A DNA stretch of 46,855 nucleotides, filler included, from Catajapyx aquilonaris (GCA_000934665.2; 2 parts of 2 records of this genome joined end to end with filler, not necessarily neighbours in it), one strand, 5' to 3'; counted from the first letter of the whole stretch, positions 1 to 13,094 are shown. Program-made: numbers and translations. Notes: generated by a model from the sequence alone, not told the origin.

Positions 1-426
1 TGCGACTATCAATTCGGAGCGCAGTGACCCTGGCGAAGTTGCAGAAGGCCATCAGGTGAAAACGACCAGGCTTTGCTGAATGGATACGACTGGGAAGTTC
101 TTCCTCACACACCCTATAGTCCCGACCTAGCCCTCACAGACTATCACTTATTCAGAGCCCTGAAAGCAGACATGGCAGGTCAGCATCTCCTAAGCGACGA
201 TGGGGTGAAGAAGGCTGCGTGACTGGTGCTGTCAACAGGGCACCCCTTTCTATTGGGAAGGGATTCAGAAACTGGTCTGGCGATGGGATAAGTGCGTTCT
301 TCGGTGTAGAAACTATGTAAAAAAGTAGATGTCCATTGTCCTCATGTACCCTGTAAGTTTTGTCATTTGTGTTCATACAGAATAAAGGTTACAGCCTTGG
401 AGACCTTACTTTTTGATCACTCCTCG
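1..426 (+). mobile_element. mariner-like transposon, 3' remnant with decayed transposase and right TIR
   Basis: From 91 reads WEVLPHTPYSPDLALTDYHLFRALK (mariner YSPDL motif), then after a frameshift FYWEGIQKLVWRWDKC. Ends ...ACTTTTTGATCACTCCTCG followed by TA (427-428). Confidence 0.9.
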
Positions 427-2750
427 TATATACCGGTATATACACATGGCAAAGGATACGTAGAAGTAAAAAAGAGAGTCCGCAAGCCCTCGTATTTATG
501 ATGTCCCTCGCTCCAGGGGTCAAGTTTGGGGTAAATAGGGTTGGAAGAAGGACGCGGGGTCATGGCCGGATGTAGGAGAGGGGAACGGAGAAACATGAGG
601 GAGGGGCCTAATTAGGAGGGGGGAAGGTGGTGAAGTAGGACCGGTATAACCACCTCCAGAAAAGACCAATAACAAGGTATAATGACGAAAGTATAGGTTT
701 GGCGTCGACAGTGCTCAAAATAGGCTTATAAATTCTGATGTCATCGTTCGAAAAATACGTTCATCGACATGGGATTGTGTATGCAGTGTAACAAAATAAC
801 TTACGAGTAATTAGGCTTGGAGGAAATTTTAAAAATTATTATTACTTACAAACTGGTCTTAGCCAATTTTCTGGATGTCGTAATATAATCATGTAACCTG
901 TTCGTCAATAGGAGAAACCTTAATAACACGCCAGTGAATTATCCTTACTTTTCATACTGCCAGCATGGATGTCATAATGGCCATATTTCCACACCACTGA
1001 ACTGCTTGCAAGTAGTGTAGTAGACTAACGCTTCAGTATTAATACAACATTACATCATGCCCCTCTCTTCCTAATGCAGCCTCAAAGATGCATTAAGAAG
1101 TAATGATGATTCTGGCTAGTACATGTGACTTTCCGCACAGAGAGGCCAAAATAACGATAATGGACTGCTTTTAACTCTGTTGCTGCTACAAGTCGCTGAA
1201 ATTTAATAGTTTATCACCTTTAAAAGACTCTTTGGCTCTTAGCAGCAGCCCAACTCTGCACGGAAACAAACAAGACGAATTCGATTTTTAGGGAGCCGCC
1301 TCCCAGGAACCTGCGAAACAGAATTATTTTTGAGAACCTGAAAAAAACCCAATTTCTTCTAAAGGCACCTGTGAAGAAATTGTTCCATTTAGGGCACCAT
1401 TACTTCAAGAACATATTAGTACTTTATGCAGTATTTAAAAGAATCAGTGTTTCCTAAAGCAAACCAACAAAATAATAGTGCTTTTCAATATATCCAAGGT
1501 TATTTGTTGTCCAGAGGAGCTGAGAAAATTTTTAAAGGCATATAACAAACATTTCCTATCAAGATGCCTGCAAAAATAGTTCCTTTGGAGGGACTTGTAA
1601 AAATAAGCATGTTTGTAAGCCGGAAGTAATCCGGAATTTTATTAAAGAAACTTTGTTACTTGACAGTCCCTTCTCAACATTGTTTTTGTTCCAGGAAGGT
1701 AGCTGCCACCTGGGAAAAGTTCCAAATCGGCCACCAATAGATCAATACGCCAAAGAGTGTGCCTGAGACAGCGGGAGGGGGGTAGTCCTCCTTCCCCCTC
1801 TCTTCCCTCTAAAAGGTAGAGTCTGGTCCTCTTTTGCTATCTGGTGAGGTCGGCGCCATAAAAGTGGCGGGATTGGTTTGGCAAACAGTTGGCGCAGTTA
1901 ACGCGCAGAGACGCCTCGTTGAAACGCCCTTTTCTTCTTCCCATTTCCAGGGGCCCTGCCTCGTCCTCTAAGCCTGTCAACTGCAGATTTGTCACAAAAG
2001 TACGAGACACGGAAGCGATATCCCCCCCCCCCTTTCCTTTTTTTGCGAACCCACCCCCTCCTATCTCCCACGCTCCTCCTCTACAGAAAATTGCATGACT
2101 GCTGTCTTGTCCTCAAAATGGCATCAACTCCACTCGCGACCCATGCATTATAAATTAAGCGTTTTGAGAGGAGACGACTTGCAGCATGGGCTAGGATAAC
2201 CACAGGGGACGCATTCAGGGGGACAGGAAGGGTGGTGGAGGAGCGTTTTTGTGTTTTTGAGAGTTTCCCTTTATAAGTGAAGAAAATTTGTGGAGTCAGG
2301 TATTAAAAATGCAGGGTTGTCGTAACCGTGTTTTATGTTCTACTGAACAAAACTATAGACTGCGAAATTCAATTTTAATGGAATGTCAGCTCCTCTAGTC
2401 AAAAAGTGGGTAAAATAAAAAGACCAATGTATGCCAAAGTTTCCAAACAGTCATAAAGTGCCACGTTGCTTCAACAAGCAATTCATAGCACGTGATGGAT
2501 TTTCTAAAGACTATCTGGTCGGTTCTGTCTATTTATAACAGTTGATTTTGGTATCACTCTATAGAGTATGAGATGCAAAATCAATTTTATGTGAAGGAGT
2601 AGAACATACGTAGTGTATTTTCAATGGTTTGAACATAGTAACATGTAACACTGTATGTAACATGTAACACATAGTAACACTGTATGGTATAATGTGGAAC
2701 TTGCTGTAGATGAAAAAAACTGAAATGCCTACCCAATATGGAAAATAAAT

Positions 2751-3430
2751 GGAGGGAGATGGTGGGGCGCTGCGGTAACGTATGGTCCCACGGATGTTAA
2801 GGTCCCGGGTTCGATCCAGCCTGGGGACACCCCCTTCATCTCGTGCAGAGTTGGGTCGTCTCTGGCTTCGTCTCGGGTGGAATTTCCGCTAGACATATCC
2901 ACCCGGGGGAGTTCACAAATTATGTACCATCTTGGAAACTGTGCACTGCACATTGCACATCCCCTCCTGTCATCCTGCCCGTGGGCCCGGGGCATTCAAA
3001 TGAATAGGCACCAAAATTTTATTTACTACATATATTTTATTTTGTATATTTTGTTTACCTCATGATGTCTCTTACGGGATCTGTAGGGGGTGGCACACCA
3101 TCATCTGTTGTCTGTATATTTTTCCGCTTCTTTCTCCGGTGCAAGGAAACAGGGACATTGGGAAAGGATAGAGATTGTTGGGGAGGGGACACTTGTGCAG
3201 GTGCAATGTCTTAAACCTTTGGGCCATGTGCAGTCCCCCATGAGGTTAGGTTGCCAGACACCTCCAAGGTGCAGGTCAGAAACACTCCTGACGCAGGTGA
3301 AAGGGAACTCCCAGGCGGGGATCGAACCTGGGACCCTTCACTCAGCAAGCCGAGTCGTTACCATCTCGGCTACCACACCTCCCCAAATAGGCACCAAAAT
3401 GTAACATCCATCAATAAAAAATAAATAAAG
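2751..3430 (+). mobile_element. tRNA-derived SINE family A, copy 1 (interrupted by a SINE B copy)
   Basis: A-box-like TGGGGCGCTGCGG, B-box GGTTCGATCC, tRNA-Pro-like AAGGTCCCGGGTTC. Body homologous to the copy at 5396-5732. A-rich tail near 3413-3429. Confidence 0.75.
3018..3385 (-). mobile_element. tRNA-derived SINE family B, copy 1
   Basis: Minus-strand head GGGGAGGTGTGGTAGCCGAGATGG...GGTTCGATCCCC. 15-bp TSD AATAGGCACCAAAAT at 3003-3017 and 3386-3400. Homologous to 4888-5225 and 35417-35773. Confidence 0.9.
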
Positions 3431-3471
3431 GTCAAAGTGCTTGTCCCCAAGGGGTCAAAGCACTACCCACA

Positions 3472-3544
<73 letters not shown>
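3472..3544. repeat. (ATT)n microsatellite
   Basis: Perfect trinucleotide run. Confidence 0.97.
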
Positions 3545-3548
<4 letters not shown>

Positions 3549-4597
3549 GAAAAAATGTCTTAGAAAAAGCCTAACGATGCCTAATCTCTGAAACAATGTA
3601 ATGGAAAGAATGGAATCAGGGAAACAAAGGAAAATATACCTTTGGAAAAAAGTGTTTTAGTTTTGCAATTTAATACAACGGAATTCGAGTAGCCTACTGT
3701 ATCATTCACTGTTGAATAGAGTTAATAGCCTAAATGTAAGGAAGCCAAAATAATGTGCACAAGAGTGGAAGTGAAGTTGTAGTAGTAGGCCTGTAATTTA
3801 TTTTTTAAATGGTTCACCTTTCAAGATAAGAGTCTACAGGAAACACAGGAGTCCAGGTCTGTCAAAGTGCAATAAAGTGGTCTTATAATGCCCAGCTACT
3901 CGCCCTGAAAGTAGACGTTTGTGTGAATCAGTATCAAAGACCATTTTTAAAAGATGCATGTGTAATAATATGCGGTATTACAGAGAGCATTGAACCGAAG
4001 GTCAAACATTTGCATTGCAAATTGTCGTTTTCCTAACTTTGTTTGCCACCGTTAACAATGGCAAGGTCTCATAAGCACGTTATAAAGTAGTTCCGATCGA
4101 TTTCCATTTCCCAAGAAAGAAAGAAAGATGTATATGAAGACATAAAAGGACGCGAACTGTAACTATCTCCTTTTCTTAATGGGAACTGCAATAACATTTT
4201 TGAGTTCTTTTTCCGCATTCGTGGCAGCAGTGGATGCTCTCGGTCGCTTGGAAGATGAGTTTTTTTTCAGCCTGAGAACGAAGCTCATTGGAAACCATTG
4301 ACCACCACTGGTAATTCTTGGCCACTTGGCCCTTGGCCTGATTGCACAAAAGCAAACACCAATTATCTCCCGAAGAGTAAATATCCTAGGGTTTCCGCCT
4401 TCATCACCAGCACCTTTCGTTTCTTTGCTCAATTTCACTGCTGCGCATGTCCCCAATAGTATTTGACGGATATCTTTCCTTTGCCTTCAAATCTCATGAT
4501 TAAAGTGATCGAGAGTAATTCTACAAAAATCAAAATAAACAATGTTTCATTTCACCAAGATATCGTTATGCTTTTTGCAAAGAGTTCTGCTATAATA

Positions 4598-4805
4598 CAG
4601 GGTGTCTAAACTTTTTTGTCCGAACAGTTATCGGAAAAGCCTATGTATCTTCTAGCTATGTAGCCAGAATATGCCCCAACATACCTGGCACATCACTCAA
4701 CAGTTGAGGGATGTACCAGAAATGTTGGGGCATATTCTGGCTACATAGCTAGAAGATACAATCATAGGCTTTTCCGATAACTGTTCGGACAAAAAAGTTG
4801 AGATA
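4598..4805. mobile_element. palindromic Tc1/mariner-type MITE, right terminus damaged
   Basis: Starts TA|CAGGGTGTC. About 100-bp arms are inverted around a centre near 4700. The right arm lacks the final ACACCCTG. Confidence 0.75.
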
Positions 4806-4887
4806 TAAATATAATTTAACCATATATAATATAATAATATACTATATTTATTATAGCAGAACTCTGGGTTTTTTCCAAAAAGGAATT

Positions 4888-5225
4888 GGGGACGTGTGGT
4901 GGCCGAGATGGTAACTTCTCGGCTTGCTGAGTGAAAGGTCCCAGGTTCGATCCCCGCCTGGGAGCTCCCTTTCACCTGTGTCGGGAGTGTCTCTGACCTG
5001 CACCTTGGAGGTGTCTGGCAACCTAACCTCATGGGGGACTGCACATGGCCCAAAGGTTTAAGACATTGCACCTGAACAAGTGTCCCCTCCCCAACAATCC
5101 CTATCCTTTCCCAATGTCCCTGTTTCCTTGCACCGGAGAAAGGAACTGAAAAATATATAGAAAACTGATGGTGGTGTGCCACCCCCTATAGATCCCGAAA
5201 GGGACATCACGGGGCAAACAGAAAA
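4888..5225 (+). mobile_element. tRNA-derived SINE family B, copy 2
   Basis: Closely similar to 3018-3385 in the opposite orientation; A and B boxes present. Confidence 0.9.
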
Positions 5226-5395
5226 GAGGAAATGTTGAATCAGTTAGTATATTATTACATTCATATCATCTGATAAGCAGAAGAATATAAAACGACATAT
5301 CGCAGGGAGGAGCCTGAGGCTGTATTACCCCTGAAACATGGTTAAAATAATTCAAAGCAGAATAATGCTGCTGGGTAGGCAGGAAATTGTCAGAT

Positions 5396-5732
5396 TTTTT
5401 TCTTCTTCATTTACCCAGTGATGACCTGTTGGGTCTATAGGGGGTGGTGGATTACCACCATTGGTATTTTGTTTTGGAGCGTGTAAGAGAATCTTATGAA
5501 TTACTCCAAGGGTTGGTAGGAGGGGATGTGCAAAGTGCATGTGCGCGGTCGTTAATTGGTCATTTTTGTGAACTCCCCCGGGTGGATTAGTCTTTAGGAA
5601 ATTTCCACCCGAAATGAAGCCAGAGATGGCCCAACTCTGCACGGATAAAGGTGGGAACCCCGGGTGGGGATTGAACCCGGGACCTTCATATCCGTGGGCG
5701 CACGCGTTACCGCGACGCCACTTCATGTCCCT
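5396..5732 (-). mobile_element. tRNA-derived SINE family A, copy 2
   Basis: Head with GGTCCCGGGTTCAATCCC. 12-bp TSD AAATTGTCAGAT at 5384-5395 and 5733-5744. A-rich tail. Confidence 0.85.
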
Positions 5733-7881
5733 AAATTGTCAGATATTTAGCGGTATAACTTTGGATATTATTATTAAACTTCAAATCCTGTATAGTGTCT
5801 ATTCCTGTTCTTGTATCACGGAATTCAGTAATTACCTCTACGTCAATGGCGTCATATATAGCCATATTCTCCTGATCCTGCAATACCCTGTAAATCCTGC
5901 GATTCTTATGGCAATTAAGCAAACTTTATATTCACTCATAGAATCAGTACATCAATATTTAGTTATATTTACATGCACTTTTATGACAAGGACAGCATTT
6001 GCAAAACTTATCGTATAACACAGTTTTTATGAAGTCTTTTTTACATTCGTGATATTCCCAGCGTATCCATATAACGTGACGGAAACTCGTTTCAGGCGAT
6101 TTCCAGTGTTTCGCTCCGGATAAACGGCGCCGTTATATATACTGAAAAATAAATTCTGCTGCATTTCCACCAGGACCATTATTTTCCACCTTATTTAGAG
6201 GAACATGTTAACTTTTCTGACACTGTCAAGTCACTAGTTGCACGTGCTGCCACGCTGTTATTGCAGAATACTGATCATTCCACGTCAAGTAAAGTATGTT
6301 TAGTGCAACGGAAAATTTGCAATATTCTGTTTTGTCACTGTGACACGGGGTCTAATATCGTACTCTTGATATTGACTGGGGCTTTTGACGGTTACCATTA
6401 TTACCAATGCAGGCCTATTTTTTCTCCTATTGTTTAGAGATACGGTACTTTCTAAAAGAAACTATTTAGCAATCTTAATCAAATATATTCATTATCGCTA
6501 TTATTTTTCACACATCTTGATAATCTTATATCAGTGATCATTTCTGAAAAATGAAGAGTGTTAACTCTACTGTACAATAGATTCACAAACTAAATGTTTG
6601 ACGGGATCACCCAGCACCTTAAATACGTATTATTTCACTGCATTTTTAACCATTTACTAGTTCAATTTTTTATATTCGCTTTTAACTGCTTTTTATTACA
6701 ATACGGTATCTTTTTGTGAGAAAATGATGCACTATAACATAAAATCGTCATAGATATGTATACAATAAAAAATAATTAGGTACTGTCTTGGAATCAGTCT
6801 GGAATGGGTTAAAGCGTTAAACAATGGTTACATAACATTCACGTTATTACACTGCACATTAGCATTCTGTATTCTGCTGAGCAAGTGTGTAGACTGTAGA
6901 GAATGAAATTGGCGGTTACTGTAACTGTGTTCTTGTACTTTATAATAATATTAAGTTATTCATCAATTTTGGTAGCAGGCGTATTAGGGATAGATGCTAT
7001 TCCAATAATACAATGCCAGAGCTGTATCATAAGGTGATTGGGGGCGGTGAGGGGGGGGTTAAGCCATTTCAAATAATATATTGGTATAATATAAGTTTGA
7101 AATTAAATTTCTCAAGATATTTCTTGCTCTGCCGAGGAGACAGCTGCTGAATATGACCAGTTATGAGAAATTGACTCTCTTCATGTCGCTGAGCCACGGT
7201 ATAATGAATTAGCTCGTAACTCAAACTAGGAAAATTCTTCTTCTTAAAACTATTGAAAAATGTTTGAAATTATTTTAAAAAGCCATTACATTCTTCTACT
7301 AGTATTGCAGGTACGAGTTGTTTCATATACTGGATGTCCGAATAGGGCTTACTCAGGCACTACTCACAAGAGAGCGGGGCGCTGATGAGCAAGAGGGTAT
7401 AGTAAGTTACTCGTAAGTAGCCGAGTAGGCTATCGATTCACTTTGACAGCTGCGGCGGACAATACAAAAGTAGACGGCTGCTGTCGTAGGTACTGCGCTA
7501 GTACGGTTTCAATGCCGTAACACTGTTGTACCCTCTTGCACGCACGCAGAGTAAAGTAACTGTCCATCACTCTGAAAAAGACCATTTGCTTGGGACTCAG
7601 GGGCGAGTGAGTTGCCAGGAGCACCGTTGGCGGTATTCATTTAAAGCGGACCTATTTTGCATAGCTATTAATTATTGGTGTTCATTGTTGCCAACAATTA
7701 ATAATAATGAGGTAATCCTTTTAATTATCAAATTATCGAGAATGGCGCAACACGGAAATATATTAGGGCCTACACTGAAGAGTAAGCAAACACTCATTGA
7801 CAGTCAATTACCTGTCATGTCTAATGTTGCTCGGCTCGTGGTCTATTTAAATGTCGTGTGTCTCCTTATGGTAACAATAAT

Positions 7882-8572
7882 TAGAGTCCGGATTTTTAGG
7901 CAAATGCCTATTTAGTTCCTTAACAATTTGGATCGTTTTGTGAAGAGATCTATCCTTTTCATAAGTGCAGGATGTGGAAAATGTAGGTTTTATAGTTCCT
8001 AAAATGGCCTATTTCGTGGTTTTGGGAACTACAGTATTTTGCCCATTCTGCCCTTTTGCGACTTTTCATGCCTGTTTGGTCTTTTTTGGGATAGTTTTTG
8101 ACCTTTTTGCAGTAATTTCTGGACTTTTTTGGCCTATTCCGGGCCTATTCCTTCAGAGGCATGTTCGGTTTTTTGATGAGTATTTTTTTGTGCTCCTGAA
8201 AGGACCAAAATCGTTCAGGAGTAATACGAATCATGCTTCCGTAACATGTATGCCAATGTTTTTCTGAAATTTCCTCTGATTAGAAAAATATTTGGCAGCA
8301 TATTGTGCAAGAAGTCTGGTGCAAGTGGAAACTGGCTATAAGCGGTAGAGTCCAGATCAAGTGATACTTGCTTGCACTTTGTTTTTTGCCCAAGTTTTGT
8401 GATTTTCTGTCAGTTTATCGTTGTTATTAGATTTTTGCTCTGGTTTGCGACTTTATATTTATACTTTAAGCCTATAAAATTATTATGTTCTTTTAATTTA
8501 CCTATTTTATTTGTGCCTATTAGAGGTTTTTTGTGCCTATGCCTTTGTTCGTGCCTAAAAATCCGGACTCTA
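7882..8572. mobile_element. non-autonomous hAT-like (hATm-type) DNA transposon
   Basis: 21-bp perfect TIR TAGAGTCCGGATTTTTAGGCA. Degenerate 8-bp TSD ACAATAAT/GTAATAAT. Repeated GCCTA subterminal motifs. Confidence 0.8.
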
Positions 8573-8581
8573 GTAATAATA

Positions 8582-9317
8582 CAGGGTGTAACTGAACTCA
8601 GTGCACAGACGTATATGACTGCCTGCCTAGGCACCAGAGGATCGATTTGGGTAGAGTAGTCATTATGTCTGGGCCGCCGCATTACCGAGATAATCGACCC
8701 ACCTGATAGTTAGCGATTTGGCTAAAGAGTGATTTGTAAATAGCAGTGAAAGTACCAGTGCTCTTCAAAATTAGCAGCGACATTCAGAACAAATTGAAAT
8801 TACAAACCACAACACAACGTTTTTGCCTAATCGCTCCTTCTGACTGGGGGAGGGTTCGATGGGTGGCCTAACCGACAGGATATTTTGTACTACATGTTTG
8901 GGGGCAATTATCTCGGTAATGCGGCGGCCCAGACATAATGACTCCTCTACCTAAATCGATCCTCTGGTGCCTAGGAAGTCAGTCATATACGTCTGGGTTC
9001 AGTGGGGCTTAACGTCGGCCTATTTCTGCCTCTAAGGCTCAACACCGACGCCAGGGGGTGGTCCTCCTCCTGGAAATTTTGCCACTCTGGGGATCTTTAA
9101 CGTGCACTCGCGCAATGTCACAAGCACACGGGACCGACGGCTTTACTTCTCCTCCGAAGGAAGGCGCACTCTCACTTTTCTACCACCCGGAGAAAAGTCA
9201 CCGACCTCGGCCGGGTTCTAACCCACAACCTTGGGACCAGAGGCGAGGGCGCTAACCACTAGTCCACCAAGGCCGGCTAGTCATATACGTCTGTGCACTG
9301 AGTTCAGTTACACCCTG
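8582..9317. mobile_element. Tc1/mariner-type MITE with ~115-bp TIRs
   Basis: TA|CAGGGTGTAACTGAACTCAGTGCAC...GTGCACTGAGTTCAGTTACACCCTG|CA. Right TIR is split by a SINE. Confidence 0.9.
8996..9278 (-). mobile_element. tRNA-derived SINE with Nin/Deu-like central domain
   Basis: 15-bp TSD AGTCATATACGTCTG (8981-8995, 9279-9293). tRNA-like head. Core CCTTCGGAGGAGAAGTAAAGCCGTCGGTCCC...GCACGTTAAAGATCCC. Tail GACGTTAAGCCCC. Confidence 0.85.
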
Positions 9318-9829
9318 CATAAGGTTGTACATTAATTAATAATAATTGGTTACTCCGTGGCATAGGCCTGTGGCTCTTAATTACGACTTTCTTTGTTTTT
9401 ACAGTCAGTCCCCGACTTGCGTAGATCTGGACTTACTAAAATAAAATAATTATACGTAGTAATTTTCGACCTAGCTGGCTCTATTGCGAACTTAATATTT
9501 GAGAATATAAACCTTTGCTCAGAGTTACGTAAATTGTTGCGGAAATATACATTTACGTAAGTCGAGGATTACCTCTAGGCCTACTTTACTGTGGACGGAG
9601 AGATTTTTTTTCCCCAATGTGAAAGTACAGATTTCAGTAATGAAATTAAATTTTGACCTGCCCCCCCCCCGCCCCCCAGGCGACAAACTTTGCCTTTTAT
9701 AACATAAGGTATACAGGAATATAAGGACCCCTAGCTCAGACATACGTGGATTCGAACTTGTATTAAAAATTTCAGACATGCGCAAAAAATACAGTATTTA
9801 AGGAAAAAACTGGCAACAGCGATATTCCG

Positions 9830-9960
9830 ATGTGTTCTCTCCGTGTTCACGTTGGTTTTTTCAGGGTTCTCCCGTTCTGTCCCCCAGTAAAAATCTATCA
9901 GCAGCTCAGAGATTTAATAAAGCAGGGCTTGAAAAGAGGATGCCACAGGTCTACCACGGA
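9830..9960 (+). mobile_element. 5'-truncated fragment of the V-domain-like SINE
   Basis: GTTCTCTCCGTGTTCACGTTGGTTTTTTCAGGGTTCTCCCG resembles the core of the SINE at 12097. Confidence 0.5.
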
Positions 9961-12096
9961 GTAATGAATTATTATTAATAATATTTATTGTAGTACTTTC
10001 TCACCTATGATGCAGTGTGGTGGACCAAAAAAGGGAAAAAATATTGTAACAGCTGTCTTACTTGTTTGAAGAATTAATTTGTACATTTACCACTACATTG
10101 AATGTGGCTTTGAAACATTTATATTTCGCTAGGCTACGCCTACTATGATGTGTCACCGGTCTCCTTTCTCTCCAAACCTGTAAGGGCTTTTGGGCGAAAT
10201 AAATTGACAAATTGGCCTACATAAATAAACTAATAGCGGGCACAACTTTCCGGTGAAGTTTTTGCTACCGTAATAGATAAGTAGGTTTATAATGCGGTGA
10301 ATGCATGTAGCATGTGGGACATACCTGGTAGAGTAGACGGCGTCCAGTCAGAATGACCTACAGCAGCAGCATCGGCCGCAGTTGATTCGAAACGCAAACC
10401 TGATTGATGCGAGCAATTTTTTTTGTTTGTTCCGGTGTTCCTGGAGAAAGTGGATCCTGGAACAAAATGGACGTAGTTTGCGGTAAGAAGTGTAGGTCTG
10501 GGAGAACAAATTGAAAGGGATCCGGGTGGCAGAATGAAGGCCCGTCCGGATTCTGTTCCCTCTCCAGACGGACGGGGAAGCCGCCGAGCTGGCAGAGTTC
10601 GACTTCTCTTATTTTCTAATCAATCACTGTCGGACGCCATCAGCTGGGATGAAGTACAAAGCAGTCCATTAGAGTGCTGGCAGCACCATCGCCGCATCAC
10701 CCCACCCCAGCCCTCTCCACCGCCACCACCACCTATAGCCTTCTGCACCCATTTTGCCAGCGCTTGTTCCTCCATTTGCGCCAGAATAAGAGCCTAATCA
10801 TCACTCCCTGCCACCTGCCGATGCCTGTTACATGCACACCAGACTGCCTGGCTGCCTGGTCAGGATTTCAGACAACATTTTCCACCAGCTATTTGGGGAC
10901 CGGATGTGTTGTCGGCGTCCGGTAGGTGTTATCAGATTTGCAAATGACATTTCCGGGAGAGAATCCAGTCCCTGATAATGCGGCGCTGTGTCCTTTGGAC
11001 ACCACAATATTTGGTGCTTGAAATCACTAAGCAATAACATTTGCGCCAAACATAGCACCACAAAATGCGAGTCTACTAATATTGTAGGCTACGAGAGAGT
11101 GTGCAAAATATTTATGTTGTTCGAGATATTATGAACATGATTCCATGGTTCATTAGCCTACATTGCATAATTTTATGGCCGTATAACATTGCTGGATAAA
11201 GTGTGCTTGTGGCCTTGTGCATCATAATTCCAATATCAAGCGTAATAGTGACTGAGGAACGCTCTGGGGTAGGCCTAGTATGCATAAGATGTACAAATCC
11301 TGGAGTACCGGTACACAATACTAACAAGATTGGTTTATTTCTGTGGTCGGAGTATACAATGTGGAGCGTGCTTGTTGAATGAAGGCTGATCCCTGTGGCG
11401 TAAGGTCTCCCGGAGAGTAAGTTATCCGGGGTTGACTGCGGAAGTTTGCTGGCTAGTCTTCCTGGAAACCGATATCAATCGGGGGGAAGGGGGAGGGAGG
11501 ACGAGAGCGAGGGGAGAGGGCAATGCCGCGCCAAGTCAGGCTGTGAATTGCAAGTGCATAAATCTGCAGGCGAGCTAAGGCCAACAGCTACAGCAGCAGC
11601 AGCTAAGGCCACAGCCAACCGACTTGCAGCTGATCATAAATCTCTTTGCCTTCCCCCCTATTCCCTCCTCTTCTCCCCTGCCACCCTCTCTCTCCACGAC
11701 AACATTTGCTTGGGACTTAGGCCAACCTGTTTATTTCCTATGGAACAACCTGCTACCAACGGCATTGCCTCATTTTTTCCTCCTTCCTTCTATGGTAGGA
11801 CTAAGACTGCTTAGGTCAAGGCACAGGTGTAGCCTACATCAACAATTTTTATTTTTGTTACGAGCTGCGCTTTATCATATGTATGCCCATCTGTGACATG
11901 AAGTCATACGAGTATGTGCATGTTTATGGGAAAATCACGCTGACTTGATTTATTGCCATCCCCACACAAAAAAATTCGGTTGCATAATTATTACGATGAA
12001 GCAGGTTATATTATGTAACTTAAACATTATTACCGAGGCTGTTATTTCTAATGTCTTCGCATGCTATCTTTGTTATACTCTCGGCTAACGGAGGGA

Positions 12097-12330
12097 GGGG
12101 CGACACGGTGCCCGAGTGGTTAGCGCCACAGCCTTCCACCTCTAAGGTCCTGAGGTCGATCCCCGGGTCGGACGCAGGACACTTATAGAGTTTCGATGGG
12201 TTCTCTCCATGTTCGCGTGGGTTTTCTCGGTGTTCTCCCGGTATCAAAATCCATCACACCCGGCCTGAAAATATTTGAGAAAGGTCTCTGTCAGAGTCGT
12301 TGTAGCCTACTAGATGTTGTGGACTTGTGG
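12097..12330 (+). mobile_element. tRNA-derived SINE with V-domain-like core
   Basis: Head GGGGCGACACGGTGCCCGAGTGGTTAGCG...GGTCGATCCCC. Core GAGTTT...GTTCTCTCCATGTTCGCGTGGGTTTTCTCGGTGTTCTCCCGG. 3' end approximate. Confidence 0.7.
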
Positions 12331-13094
12331 TGATGGCGGTGGCGGGCGGTGTGCAGGCGTTCTGGCGCGAAAAAAGCCTTATCGCCGCTATAGACTAGAA
12401 GGCACGAACTTCATCTGACTACCTCCAGGTACAAATAGAAGACTTGGATATGCGAAAGGTGACATTTTGTTGTGTGCAGCTTGAGCTACAGTGGTGGGGT
12501 GTTTCTTTGAAACGAGCGAGTTGACTGTTGTGTTCGAATTGTGTGGTATGGTACGGTAGTGTATTTCGTAGTGTGTGTATAATAAAGATTATTATAGCTT
12601 CGGGATAGACCAGGGAGCTAGCAGGGAGATGGGTCGGTTCTAGATGTGGTGTCGAGTGTTCCGAGCACAAATCCTTTGGGGGAAACCAGGTCAGCTAGGG
12701 TCATGCGACCTTTTGAACTAATGGTATGCGGGAGAAGGGCCACTATTCAAAAGGAATCTGGCGGTAACTTGACCAAATACGGGAGTTAACGTGAGATGCT
12801 ATCTCACCACCAGACTCTCTCTAGCTCTAGAATTTGTGGTTACATCATGATGATACCCTGACTTTCAGTTGACCCACATTTAACTTTAGTTTTAAAAATC
12901 GGCTGTTGGTGAAGTTTTTAAATTTTATTTAATTTAAAAATGGGCCTCTGCTAAAATAGAGTTGTTGCAAGTTTGTCAGTGAAACATTTTCACCTTAATT
13001 ATTATCTTAGATGCACGAGATAATTTCTAGATGTAAATATTGAATTTTAAATATACAGTATATTTAGGATCTTATTAGCAGTTTTGAAGAGTTC

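Noticed and set aside
1259..2330. Possible CACGG...CCGTG Chapaev/Transib-like element
   Set aside because: Only about 5 bp of clean terminal match and no TSD.
3800..4520. Possible decayed transposase (ORF 4163-4456, KGAGDEGG)
   Set aside because: Motif resemblance is too weak to assign without a translated search.
6780..6812. piggyBac-like end GGAATGGG|TTAA
   Set aside because: No matching left end found.
10730..10800. Minus-strand ALILAQMEEQALAKWVQKAI, like a PH-domain C-terminal helix
   Set aside because: In-frame stops upstream and no convincing splice sites.
12400..12900. Possible LINE 5' UTR or promoter-like segment
   Set aside because: No ORF, TSD or second copy supports it.
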